Source: an uncultured Bacteroidales bacterium
GTDB lineage: Bacteria > Bacteroidota > Bacteroidia > Bacteroidales > VadinHA17
NCBI GenBank assembly: GCA_963813405.1
Contig: CAWEYU010000004.1
Coordinates: 392,769 to 456,768, forward strand
Direction: 5' to 3'
DNA: 64,000 bases
Both the position numbers and the translations under genes were made by a program. Below, in pieces: positions 20,601 through 27,988 of this stretch. The notes under the pieces were generated by a model. The model worked only from the letters and a program-made list of their open reading frames with translations. It did no database searches and had not been told where the DNA came from. Numbering within the stretch: the first letter of the stretch is position 1; each line of letters begins with the position of its first letter.

Positions 20601-22540
20601 GATGTCGTTAAACCAGTAATATTATCTCCTGTTGAAGAATATAACAACTCATTTATTGTTGTCGTTGTCGGATAGATCGCTGTCGAATAACTCGGATCCG
20701 CTCCCGATCCCCTGCTCTGTAAGACCTGTCCCGATGTTCCTGTCCCGGTTACTGCTACAGCATTTGTCCCCTGACCAACTATGACACCATGATTCCCCAG
20801 TGTTGATGCTCCTGTACCTCCATTGGGAACCTGCAATATTCCTGATGTCACCGGTAATGTGTTCAATGTCAGCCATCCAGGTGCTCCTGAAACGGTGGTC
20901 GTCAACAATGCTCCCGTCGTTACACCCGGGGCCAGCAACGACACCGGGTTGGTACCATTTCCATAAATAAGATTATTTGTTGTTATATTGGATATTCCTG
21001 TTCCTCCGTTACTTACCTGCAATATATTATTTATCTCATTTGTTGAGGATAAGTCTATCTTCTGCCATGCCGGTGCTCCCGTACCATTACTCCTCAGATA
21101 CATACCTGTTGTACCTGCCGCTAAATTCGATACTGTTGTTGCATTCGACGTGTACATGATCTCACCACCTCCAGCAAATGTAGAAGGCATTACATAATTT
21201 GACCATGATGGCGTGGTGGATGCTCCGCTTAACAGCATCTTATTCGCTGTCGGTGTCCCTGCCAGTACCTGCATCTGCGTCGCATTTGTCCATACTATCC
21301 CGCCATTAGATACCGCTAATGATAGATCCGCATTCGTACCGCCATTGGCCAGCGGCAGGATACCTGTAAGATGCTGCCCTAAATCTACTTTCCCCCATGA
21401 GGGCGCTACTCCTGCTCCTCCGCTTATCAGTACATTACCCATAGCTACATCTGCCAGGCGCGCAAAAGTCGAAGGTGTATTAGCATAGAGAAGGTCTCCG
21501 ATAATTCCGGCTGACAGGTTAGTATTGGTTCCTCCGTTAGCTAAAGGTAAGATACCTGTGACTTTCGTGGTCAGATCTATTGTTGTATTGGCTATATCAT
21601 TATTAACAATCAGGCTTGAAGAAAGAATCCCTCCTGCACTGTTATGAACAACACCTGCATTTGTAAAGGCAGGAAGGGTAATTGTATTTAATGAATTACC
21701 TATCGTTACTGCTCCTGTCGATGTACCTGTATTTATGTTGGTCGCAAAATTCGATGTGTTGTTCAGATTTATTATACCTCCTGATATTGTTGCTCCCGAT
21801 AATCCTGTCAATAATCCTGCTGAAGTGATAGTACCGGTTCCACCAGTATAAATATTCCCGTTTGTAGTTATGGCATCTGTTATTGTAGTAGGAGATAATA
21901 TTCCGCCAAGCCGGCTCCAGTATCCAAGTATTCCACTTACAGGTGGAGAGGAAGTTAAAAAGCTATTAACATCTGTATATACGCCTGAATTAGGAGTCAA
22001 TCCGGTTATCTTGAGTCCTGCAAATGTAGGTGAAGCTGCAGGGTGAATATCCTGTGACGTAGTAAGGTTTATGTTGCCAGGTACAAAGGAAACCAGGATG
22101 TTTACACTTCCATTTAAAGTCTTGTACTCATTTGCATCTGCTGCCTGGTTCATTCCCAGAAGCTGATTTGAGGTACCCAGCGATGTAGCTGCAATTGCTT
22201 TCCAGCTGGTGTTTTCCCAGTAAAAGAAAGACTTTTTATCGGTATCATACACCAACAGTCCCTGAGCAGGTAACAATATTGCCAACCGTTCTGGTGTTGT
22301 CATTCTGGGGGCAAGAAATCCCCGAAGAGTTGACCTCAGCTCCAGGATCGATGAGCTTTGGGGAACTATCGATGATTCGCTGATCCCTACTCCCTGGCCG
22401 TAAGATATCCGGCCACCAAGAGTCCAAAATAGAATCACTATGAACAATACGATTCCGGAAGGTGCAACTATAAGCCGCTTTCCTGTCTGCCATCTTCTCA
22501 TACTCAATATTCCTGAAGATGAGTTTCGTGTCGTTTTCAT
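14606..22540 (-). CDS. Giant Thr/Gly/Ala-rich tail-fibre-like repetitive surface protein (2644 aa)
   Basis: Signal-like N-terminus, then SILELRSTLRGFLAPRMT...GLLVYDT; recurring GILPxANGGT and GQVLxSxG motifs; RLGIGTTTP; fibre-like C-terminus (D.G..NAYAI...Y..GM...NT...TININGLG...YDG); no type A or B T9SS CTD recognised. Confidence 0.7.
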   Translation of the reverse strand: MKTTRNSSSGILSMRRWQTGKRLIVAPSGIVLFIVILFWTLGGRISYGQGVGISESSIVPQSSSILELRSTLRGFLAPRMTTPERLAILLPAQGLLVYDTDKKSFFYWENTSWKAIAATSLGTSNQLLGMNQAADANEYKTLNGSVNILVSFVPGNINLTTSQDIHPAASPTFAGLKITGLTPNSGVYTDVNSFLTSSPPVSGILGYWSRLGGILSPTTITDAITTNGNIYTGGTGTITSAGLLTGLSGATISGGIINLNNTSNFATNINTGTSTGAVTIGNSLNTITLPAFTNAGVVHNSAGGILSSSLIVNNDIANTTIDLTTKVTGILPLANGGTNTNLSAGIIGDLLYANTPSTFARLADVAMGNVLISGGAGVAPSWGKVDLGQHLTGILPLANGGTNADLSLAVSNGGIVWTNATQMQVLAGTPTANKMLLSGASTTPSWSNYVMPSTFAGGGEIMYTSNATTVSNLAAGTTGMYLRSNGTGAPAWQKIDLSSTNEINNILQVSNGGTGISNITTNNLIYGNGTNPVSLLAPGVTTGALLTTTVSGAPGWLTLNTLPVTSGILQVPNGGTGASTLGNHGVIVGQGTNAVAVTGTGTSGQVLQSRGSGADPSYSTAIYPTTTTINELLYSSTGDNITGLTTSNNGVLITSGTGVPSIGSILPDAVQYNITKLGTITNGTWNGSILGLAYGGTNTDLTLGSPAIGDLLYGTATGFARLADVAMGNVLISGGAGVAPSWGKVDLGQHLTGILPLANGGTNADLSLAVSNGGIVWTNATQMQVLAGTPTANKMLLSGASTTPSWSNYVMPSTFAGGGEIMYTSNATTVSNLAAGTTGMYLRSNGTGAPAWQKIDLSSTNEINNILQVSNGGTGISNITTNNLIYGNGTNPVSLLAPGVTTGALLTTTVSGAPGWLTLNTLPVTSGILQVSNGGTGASTLGNHGVIVGQGTNAVAVTGTGTSGQVLQSRGSGADPSYSTAIYPTTTTINELLYSSTGDNITGLTTSNNGVLITSGTGVPSIGSILPDAVQYNITKLGTITNGTWNGSILGLAYGGTNTDLTLGSPAIGDLLYGTATGFARLADAATGNVLISGGAGAPPAWGKVDLGQHLTGILPIANGGTNWNGPLANNRLMISGGGSIIEAPAMVDGQVIVGKLNAAPQVVTLGGDATINNTGALLISNDAISTVKLANNAVTYVKIQAASAFSRLLGSSDASNAITEISLGPGLALSGTTLTALGLGGTVTNFSSGDLSPLFTTSVTNPATTPALSFSLSNAGAYTLFGNFTNAPAPPTYFSPILASALFANQGAASSVLHGGGVGNPSWSQIINGDIDPAAGIADTKLATISTAGKVLNSATTATSANTPDAIVARDGSGNFIAGTITAALSGNATTSTTATHLFGGAGGSIPYQTALSTTAMLANGNAGQVLTSAGGLLPPTWTTPTTGTVTSVTGTANRITIGGTASDPVVDIAGNYVGQNTINTLGTITTGTWNGTTIAVANGGTGQTTQQTAINALAGGVTAGQYLRGDGTNVLMSAIQAADIPNIAESQVTGLVADLASKQAAGNYITALTGDATASGPGSAALTLATVNSNTGAIGSSTAIPTITTNAKGLVTAVTTNAVIAPAGTLTGTTLASNVVTSSLTSVGTLTSLTVTNPISGSVTGNAGTATIATNLALGGPGTIPYQSAANTTAMLGAGAAGQVLTSGGAGAPTWTTPTTGTVTSVTGTANRITVGGTASDPVVDIAGTYIGQNSITTLGTITSGAWNGTTIAIGNGGTGQTTQQAAINALAGGVTVGQYLRGDGTNVLMSAIQAADIPNIAESQVTGLVADLASKQAAGNYITALTGDATASGPGSAALTLATVNSNTGAIGSSTAIPTITTNAKGLVTAVTTNAVIAPAGTLTGTTLASNVVTSSLTSVGTLTNLTVTNPITGSVTGNAGTATIATNLALGGPGTIPYQSAANTTAMLGAGAAGQVLTSGGAGAPTWTTPTTGTVTSVGLALPSFITVSNSPVTGSGTLTGTLASQSANMVFASPNGSAGSPVFRALVSNDIPNMAWAKITTGTPTTLAGYGITDAALASHNHTVDGLSNVTIAGKANNDILQWNGTAWVNKTLSGAGIVTAETDPIVRAISGIVKSDGSTISAAVAGTDYLTPSGSAAALTNFPILNQSTTGNAAQWTTARNLAGNSVDGSTNVNFTNKFIVQGTADAGLSGAQFLGGLSTGLVKNTTTTGVLSIASAGIDYSAGTSALVTGILKSTTGTGTLTIAVAGDFPTLNQNTTGTAANVTGTIAIANGGTGATTKSNAFNALSPMTNQGDIIYGGVGGTGTRLAPGTAGQILAMNAGATAPQWQNAGSGDMILAAAQTVSGVKTFSALPVFSTLTIGSIPYIGAGNALAEDNANLFWDSGNHRLGIGTTTPSTALTVFGDVTINATGTTTASPRTIGINGWGAGNAARYTFGDPWNALQDGYGQHMQIVSYHGVDIAGSRGLGSALAFVPGDGTEASLNVIGTRTGNPVLTVTAAAGQTGNLQEWRNSGGTAISAISSTGGAVINGAFNYGVDVGALNAYAINLSPAPTSYVAGMIISFYANSSNTANCTININGLGNRNIRKRANTVLVANDILNGMVCLLIYDGANFKIMNPIVP
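16549..18330. repeat. Intragenic 822-bp (274-aa) tandem duplication, ~2.1 units, with many synonymous differences
   Basis: PTWTTPTTGTVTSV anchors at 822-bp spacing (ends at 16583, 17405, 18227); boundaries approximate. Confidence 0.85.
19288..21467. repeat. Intragenic 1080-bp (360-aa) near-perfect tandem duplication
   Basis: Line-by-line comparison at offset 1080 shows 3 differences (19330/20410, 19747/20827, 20009/21089). Confidence 0.95.
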
Positions 22541-22895
22541 ACTATACCTCCTGATTCAATGTTGTGTAAGTATCTTAATGTTTTAATTATCAATTGTTTC
22601 ATAGGCCAAAATGCCTCATATCCGGTTAGTTTTAGTAACTTCAGACAATACAAAAAACACACTGCCCGGCTCTATCTCTTTTTTTTTTAAAGCCGATCAA
22701 TGTTTTATATATGTTTTTTGCCCGATTAGGTTAGTAAACGGACAAGTATTTTATCTTACTTCAAGACTCTTTGATGATAAACATGGTTGCATCTGGAGTA
22801 CTTTGATTTCACCAATTTAAAGATAATACTTATTTCAGTTTTTGCAGATTTTTTTTGACAAGCTATCGAAAAAATTAGACTATCATGATTTCTCT

Positions 22896-22929
22896 AAAAA
22901 AAAAAGCCGCAGAAACATCATACTGCAGC
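22896..22929 (-). terminator. Probable intrinsic terminator downstream of queA
   Basis: Minus strand GCTGCAG-loop-CTGCGGC followed by T10. Confidence 0.55.
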
Positions 22930-22976
22930 CCTAAATTATAGCATTAGCTTATCTAAATTTTGACAATGAATTACAT

Positions 22977-23091
22977 CCCCCTGGCCCCCTTCAAAGGGGG
23001 AATATTAGAAGTAGCCCCCTTCAAAGGGGGAATATTAGAAGTAGCCCCTTCAAAGGGGGAATATTAGAAGTAGCCCCTTCAAATTGGGAAT
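22977..23091. repeat. Tandem 30/29-bp repeat of a CCCCCTT-CA-AAGGGGG hairpin (REP-like), 3 full copies plus 1 degenerate
   Basis: GCCCCCTTCAAAGGGGGAATATTAGAAGTA at 22984 and 23014, one C shorter at 23044, degenerate at 23073. Confidence 0.9.
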
Positions 23092-23131
23092 TAAAAGAAT
23101 CATATACTTATGCCTGAAGCCTTTACGCCAT

Positions 23132-24181
23132 TTAAATTATCATCATTGCATCACCATAAGTTCCAAATCTGTACTTTTCCTTCACGGCTGTTCTGTATGC
23201 CTCAAAAAGCAAATCATAACCCGTAAATGCCGATACCATCATTAGCAGAGTTGAATAAGGCAGATGAAAATTGCTGATCATCATATCGGGTACCTTAAAG
23301 TCGTATGGAGGGAAAATGAACTTGTTGGTCCATCCATCAAACGGTTTCAGATAGCCGGCAGTAGATACTGAGCTTTCAAGTGTTCTGACAACAGTTGTTC
23401 CAACGGCACATATTCTTCGTTTTTCATCTTTTGCTTTGTTGACAATTGAGACAGCTTCGTCGGTGATCCTTATTCTTTCGGAATCTACTTTGTGTTTAGT
23501 GAGATCTTCCACATCGACACTTCTGAAATTCCCAAGTCCGACATGCAATGTTATTTCGGCAAACTCCACACCAATGATCTCCAGCTTTTTCAGCAGTTCC
23601 CGGCTGAAATGCAATCCGGCAGTAGGCGCAGCAACTGCACCTTCGTGTTTTGCAAAAATTGTCTGATATCTCTCATTGTCTTCAGGTTCTACCTTACGGT
23701 TGATAAACTTGGGAAGCGGGGTCTCTCCCAGGCTGTAAAGAGTTTGTTTAAACTCATCGTAGGTACCATCATAAAGAAATCTCAGGGTTCTTCCTCTTGA
23801 GGTTGTATTATCAATAACTTCCGCAACAAGAAGATCATCTTCTCCAAAATAGAGCTTATTCCCGATTCTTATTTTTCTGGCAGGATCAACCAGGACATCC
23901 CATAAACGCTGTTCGCGGTTTAGTTCCCTGAGCAGAAAAACTTCAATCTCAGCACCTGTTTTTTCCTTGTTTCCGTATAATCTGGCCGGAAAAACCTTTG
24001 TATTATTGAAAACCAGAACATCATGCTCGATAAAATACTCTGTGATTTCCTTGAAAACCTTATGCTCAAGCTCTCCCGTTTTCCTGTTAACTATTAATAA
24101 TCTCGACTCATCTCTGTTTTCAGAAGGATAAAGAGCAATGAGCTCTGGTGGAAGATTGTACCTGAATTGTGATAATTTCAT
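23132..24181 (-). CDS. queA: S-adenosylmethionine:tRNA ribosyltransferase-isomerase
   Basis: [67 protein letters not shown]. Confidence 0.97.
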   Translation of the reverse strand: MKLSQFRYNLPPELIALYPSENRDESRLLIVNRKTGELEHKVFKEITEYFIEHDVLVFNNTKVFPARLYGNKEKTGAEIEVFLLRELNREQRLWDVLVDPARKIRIGNKLYFGEDDLLVAEVIDNTTSRGRTLRFLYDGTYDEFKQTLYSLGETPLPKFINRKVEPEDNERYQTIFAKHEGAVAAPTAGLHFSRELLKKLEIIGVEFAEITLHVGLGNFRSVDVEDLTKHKVDSERIRITDEAVSIVNKAKDEKRRICAVGTTVVRTLESSVSTAGYLKPFDGWTNKFIFPPYDFKVPDMMISNFHLPYSTLLMMVSAFTGYDLLFEAYRTAVKEKYRFGTYGDAMMII

Positions 24182-24232
24182 AACTATTTTTACTTTATTT
24201 CAATTTAAACGAACCCTTTATACGTAGAAACA

Positions 24233-24943
24233 TCATGTTTGTTGCATTTGTTGTAAATATTTTTGAAATTTTTCCACATTCCAGGAATCCTTGAGCTGAT
24301 AAGGACCTATTGAACTTCTCTGCAGAGCTGAAAGATAGGCCCCGCTCCTTAGTGCTATTCCAAAATCTCTGGCAAAAGACCGTATGTAGGTTCCTTTGCT
24401 GCAGGTCATTCTTATTCTGACTTCAGGATGTTTAAACTCAATCAAATCAATATCCCTGAAAAAAACCTTTACCGGTTCGAGTTTCATATCAACTCCTTTC
24501 CTGGCATACTCATATGCTCGTTTCCCATCAATAAACTTGGCTGAATATAGTGGCGGAACCTGAAACTGTTCTCCCAAAAAGCTATTTATAACATTCTGGA
24601 TCATATCCAATGAGATGTGATCTGACGGATATTTTTCATCCGGTTCAGTTTCGAGGTCAAATGAGGGAGTTGTTTCTCCAAGATGTATCGTTGCAATATA
24701 TTCCTTATCAAGATTACTGAATTCTTCTATTTTTTTTGTGTATTTCCCGGTACAAATTATCATTAATCCTGTTGCAAGAGGATCAAGTGTTCCTGCATGA
24801 CCAACCTTGATCTTCCTGATCTTCAGGATACTTCTCAGCATACTCCTTACTTTATTCACAAGATCAAATGATGTCCAGTAGAGGGGTTTGTCAAATAATA
24901 AAACCTGGCCTTCTTCAAAAGAATTTCGTGATTCGCTTACCAT
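24233..24943 (-). CDS. truB: tRNA pseudouridine(55) synthase
   Basis: DKPLYWTSFD, KVGHAGTLDPLATG, CSKGTYIRS. Confidence 0.97.
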   Translation of the reverse strand: MVSESRNSFEEGQVLLFDKPLYWTSFDLVNKVRSMLRSILKIRKIKVGHAGTLDPLATGLMIICTGKYTKKIEEFSNLDKEYIATIHLGETTPSFDLETEPDEKYPSDHISLDMIQNVINSFLGEQFQVPPLYSAKFIDGKRAYEYARKGVDMKLEPVKVFFRDIDLIEFKHPEVRIRMTCSKGTYIRSFARDFGIALRSGAYLSALQRSSIGPYQLKDSWNVEKFQKYLQQMQQT

Positions 24944-24944
24944 T

Positions 24945-25724
24945 TTAAGCCAGCAAAATAGAAAGTAATCCGATTACAGTGCAATAGATTGCAAACCATA
25001 TCATTTTGCTATTTTTGACGAGATTTATCATCCATTTACATGCGAAATAACCTGAGATGAATGCAACTATAAAGCCCAGTACCAAAACAGTAATGTCTAT
25101 TTTCCCGGTATCAGTTTTTCCTTTTAGAATCTCCATCATATTTGCCCCGATAATCGGAATCAGTACCATAAGAAATGAAAATTTTGTAATTTCCTCTTTC
25201 CTGTTTCCAAGCAATAACCCTGTGGCTATTGTTGCTCCCGATCTTGAGATTGCAGGAATCACAGCAATTGCCTGAGCAATCCCAATAACAAATGAATCGA
25301 GATATGTTATATCTCTTTCTTTGGGTTTAATAAAATGGGCCAGGGCAAGCAATAATGCTGTAATAAGGAATTCGATTCCGGTAGCTGTGAGGTTACCGCT
25401 AAACATTCCTTCCACAAAATCCTTAAAAAAAATACCCACTATCACAACAGGGATCATGGAAACAATTATTTTGCCTGCATAGTTTGTTTCCTCATTCATC
25501 CTGAATTGAAAAGTCCCTTTTACCAATTTCAATATCTCTTTCCAGAAAACAAAGAGAGTGCTTAACACAGTTGCACCATGAACGACAATTATGAAATAAA
25601 AACTCTCAGCAGGCTTTATCCTGAAAATCGCATCCGCAATTTCAAGATGACCTGAACTGCTAATGGGTAAAAACTCAGTCAGTCCCTGAACGAGACCGAG
25701 AACTATTGCTTCGAACCAATTCAT
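24945..25724 (-). CDS. uppP: Undecaprenyl-diphosphate phosphatase
   Basis: GLVQGLTEFLPISSSGHL, PAISRSGAT. Confidence 0.95.
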   Translation of the reverse strand: MNWFEAIVLGLVQGLTEFLPISSSGHLEIADAIFRIKPAESFYFIIVVHGATVLSTLFVFWKEILKLVKGTFQFRMNEETNYAGKIIVSMIPVVIVGIFFKDFVEGMFSGNLTATGIEFLITALLLALAHFIKPKERDITYLDSFVIGIAQAIAVIPAISRSGATIATGLLLGNRKEEITKFSFLMVLIPIIGANMMEILKGKTDTGKIDITVLVLGFIVAFISGYFACKWMINLVKNSKMIWFAIYCTVIGLLSILLA

Positions 25725-25725
25725 T

Positions 25726-25983
25726 TTATTTATCGGCGTCTTTCGGCTTCTTCATAATAGCCCATATCTCAAAAATAAATCCTGCGAGAACTACGATTGG
25801 GGCAAGTGTAATTCTCCTGAAGCTGAAAATATTCTCGCTGAATTTAGACGGATCGTTAGATTTGCCACCCATCATGAGCAAAAATCCAATGACAATTATT
25901 ACAAATCCTATCGCCAGAAGTTTGTAATTTTCCGGGCCCAGGGCAAAATTTCCCTTTTCGTTGTTTTCGTTTTTTATAGCCAT
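25726..25983 (-). CDS. DUF3098 small membrane protein
   Basis: NYKLLAIG...GFLLMMGG...IFSFRRITLAP; typical position between ftsX and uppP. Confidence 0.85.
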   Translation of the reverse strand: MAIKNENNEKGNFALGPENYKLLAIGFVIIVIGFLLMMGGKSNDPSKFSENIFSFRRITLAPIVVLAGFIFEIWAIMKKPKDADK

Positions 25984-25990
25984 GATATAT

Positions 25991-26869
25991 TCAATAATAA
26001 AGTTTATCTTCTGAAATAAATAAGTATCTGTTTACAGAGAAAAATGTTGAAACAACATTAATAAATATTCCGATTAGAATAATCCCTGCACCCAGAAGGA
26101 AAAACAATTTTATATCCCGAAATGCTAAAAGCTGAAAGAATTCCTTTTCCACAAGATATAAAAGCCCTACAAGTAACATCATTGCTAAAAGTCCCGCAAT
26201 CAAACCGTGAAAAGCACTCTTGATAAGAAAGGGCATTCGGATAAAGGACTTTGTTGCACCAACAAGCTGCATTGTCCTGATCAAAAATCTTTTGGAATAG
26301 ACGGAAAGTCTTATGGTATTATTAATGATAGTTAATGCAATAAGAAAGAGTAACATACTTATCACAATAATGAACAGGCTAATTTTTCTTACATTTTCAT
26401 TAATTAAATAGAGGAGTGATTCCTGATAATAGATCTCCTTTACGAAAGGATATTCCAGAACATACTTTTCAATCTTTGAAACACTGTCTGGTTTAGTATA
26501 TTGTGCGTGCAGATATACATCAATTGAAGGGCTCAATGGGTTGTATCCCAGAAAGTTGACAAAGTCTTCCCCGAGGTCAGTTTTTAATTTTGCTGCCGCT
26601 GAGTCTTTTGAAACATATTCGGTTGATTTTACATACGGCTTATTATTCAGATTCTTCTGAAGCATAGTGATGTCAGTATCTTTTACATCTTCATTAAGCA
26701 TAATTGAAAATGAGAGGCTCTCCTTTAAGTAATCTGACAATCCCCTTGCATTTATTATGACCACCCCAAGAACACCAAGAAGAAAAAGAACAAGAGAGAC
26801 ACTTACAATAAGTGTAATGTAGGAACCTCTTAGCCTGGCCTTTGATAATCCTGTCTCTTTCTTATTCAC
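25991..26869 (-). CDS. ftsX: Cell-division permease-like protein FtsX
   Basis: SVSLVLFLLG, FLGYNPL, INNTIRLSVYSKRFLIRTMQLVGAT; GTG start. Confidence 0.92.
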   Translation of the reverse strand: MNKKETGLSKARLRGSYITLIVSVSLVLFLLGVLGVVIINARGLSDYLKESLSFSIMLNEDVKDTDITMLQKNLNNKPYVKSTEYVSKDSAAAKLKTDLGEDFVNFLGYNPLSPSIDVYLHAQYTKPDSVSKIEKYVLEYPFVKEIYYQESLLYLINENVRKISLFIIVISMLLFLIALTIINNTIRLSVYSKRFLIRTMQLVGATKSFIRMPFLIKSAFHGLIAGLLAMMLLVGLLYLVEKEFFQLLAFRDIKLFFLLGAGIILIGIFINVVSTFFSVNRYLFISEDKLYY

Positions 26870-26902
26870 ACTTACTTTTTTAATAACCTTCAGCAGAACA
26901 GG

Positions 26903-27922
26903 TCACTCAACAATAGTGATCCATCCGAAAGGATCCGGTTCATCACCATACTGAATGGCGATAAGCTTATTGTACAGTTTCATTGTTACCTTACCAGGTG
27001 TGCAATCTTTAATAAACTCATATATCTTATTTTCAGCCGGATCGAATATTTTCGCGATAGGGCTGATTACCGCAGCTGTTCCGCAGGCACCAACCTCCTC
27101 AAATTCCGCCAGTTCGGTAACAGGAATAGCTCTTCTTTCAGTTTTCATACCCATGCTCTCCGCTATCTGGATCAAACTCATATTTGTAATTGAGTTTAAA
27201 ATAGATTCTGATTTCGGAGTTATGTAAGTGTTATTTTTTATCCCGAAGAAATTGGCGGGACCACATTCATCAATATATTTTTTTTCTTTGGCGTCCAGAA
27301 AAATTGTACTCGAGTATCCCCCGTTTTTCGCTGCAACAATAGCCCTCAGACTTGCAGCATAGTTCCCGCCAACTTTGAAAGTTCCGGTTCCCAGAGGAGC
27401 GGCCCTGTCAACATCCCTGCTTATTAGCATATCAACAGGAACAACACCGCCTTTGAAATATGGACCCACAGGTGTAACAAAAATGAGAAATGTATACTCC
27501 TTTGCCGGTTTAACACCAACCTCAGCACCACTTCCGTAAAGCAAAGGCCTGATATAGAGAGTTGCGCCGGTGCCGTAAGGAGGAACATATTTCTTATTCA
27601 GCTGAATAACTTTGAACAATGCTTCTTTAAACAATTCGAAAGGAACTGGTTCCATAATAACTCCTCTGGCAGAGGCTATCATTCTTTTTGCATTTTCTTC
27701 CCAGCGGAAGAGCCTGATCTTTCCGTCCTTGCCTGTGTAAGCCTTAAGTCCTTCAAACGCCTCCTGCCCGTAATGAAGACCACTGGCTGCTATATGTATA
27801 TCAATATATTCCGATGATGACTTTTCAAGAGTGCTCCATTTCCCGTTTTTAAATACACTCCTCAGGTTGAAATCTGTTTTTATATATCCGAAAGGGAGGT
27901 TTTTCCAGTCTATGGTTTCCAT
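26903..27922 (-). CDS. ilvE: Branched-chain amino acid aminotransferase
   Basis: LHYGQEAFEGLKAY, LYIRP, KVGGNYAAS, CGTAAVISP; TACTTTTG box at 27945-27952. Confidence 0.95.
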   Translation of the reverse strand: METIDWKNLPFGYIKTDFNLRSVFKNGKWSTLEKSSSEYIDIHIAASGLHYGQEAFEGLKAYTGKDGKIRLFRWEENAKRMIASARGVIMEPVPFELFKEALFKVIQLNKKYVPPYGTGATLYIRPLLYGSGAEVGVKPAKEYTFLIFVTPVGPYFKGGVVPVDMLISRDVDRAAPLGTGTFKVGGNYAASLRAIVAAKNGGYSSTIFLDAKEKKYIDECGPANFFGIKNNTYITPKSESILNSITNMSLIQIAESMGMKTERRAIPVTELAEFEEVGACGTAAVISPIAKIFDPAENKIYEFIKDCTPGKVTMKLYNKLIAIQYGDEPDPFGWITIVE

Positions 27923-27988
27923 ATTACAATAATTAAATAGCGCTCAAAAGTACACTATTAATAGAAATGTTCAAACGATTTTTTCTTA

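Noticed and set aside
19288-21467. Possible DGR template/variable repeat pair
   Set aside because: The unit is 1080 bp, tandem and in-frame, with only 3 differences that are not one-directional; no reverse transcriptase is present
8725-22493. Many 60-180 aa overlapping ORFs within the two giant genes
   Set aside because: Antisense or off-frame shadows of Thr/Gly-rich coding sequence, duplicated along with the repeats
14606-22540. Prophage tail fibre gene
   Set aside because: It has a signal-like N-terminus, sits with T9SS genes, and no capsid, terminase, integrase or lysis genes are nearby
22984-23091. Possible CRISPR array (palindromic ~30-bp repeats)
   Set aside because: The linkers are identical and short, there are no unique spacers, and no cas genes are in the window; it is a tandem repeat
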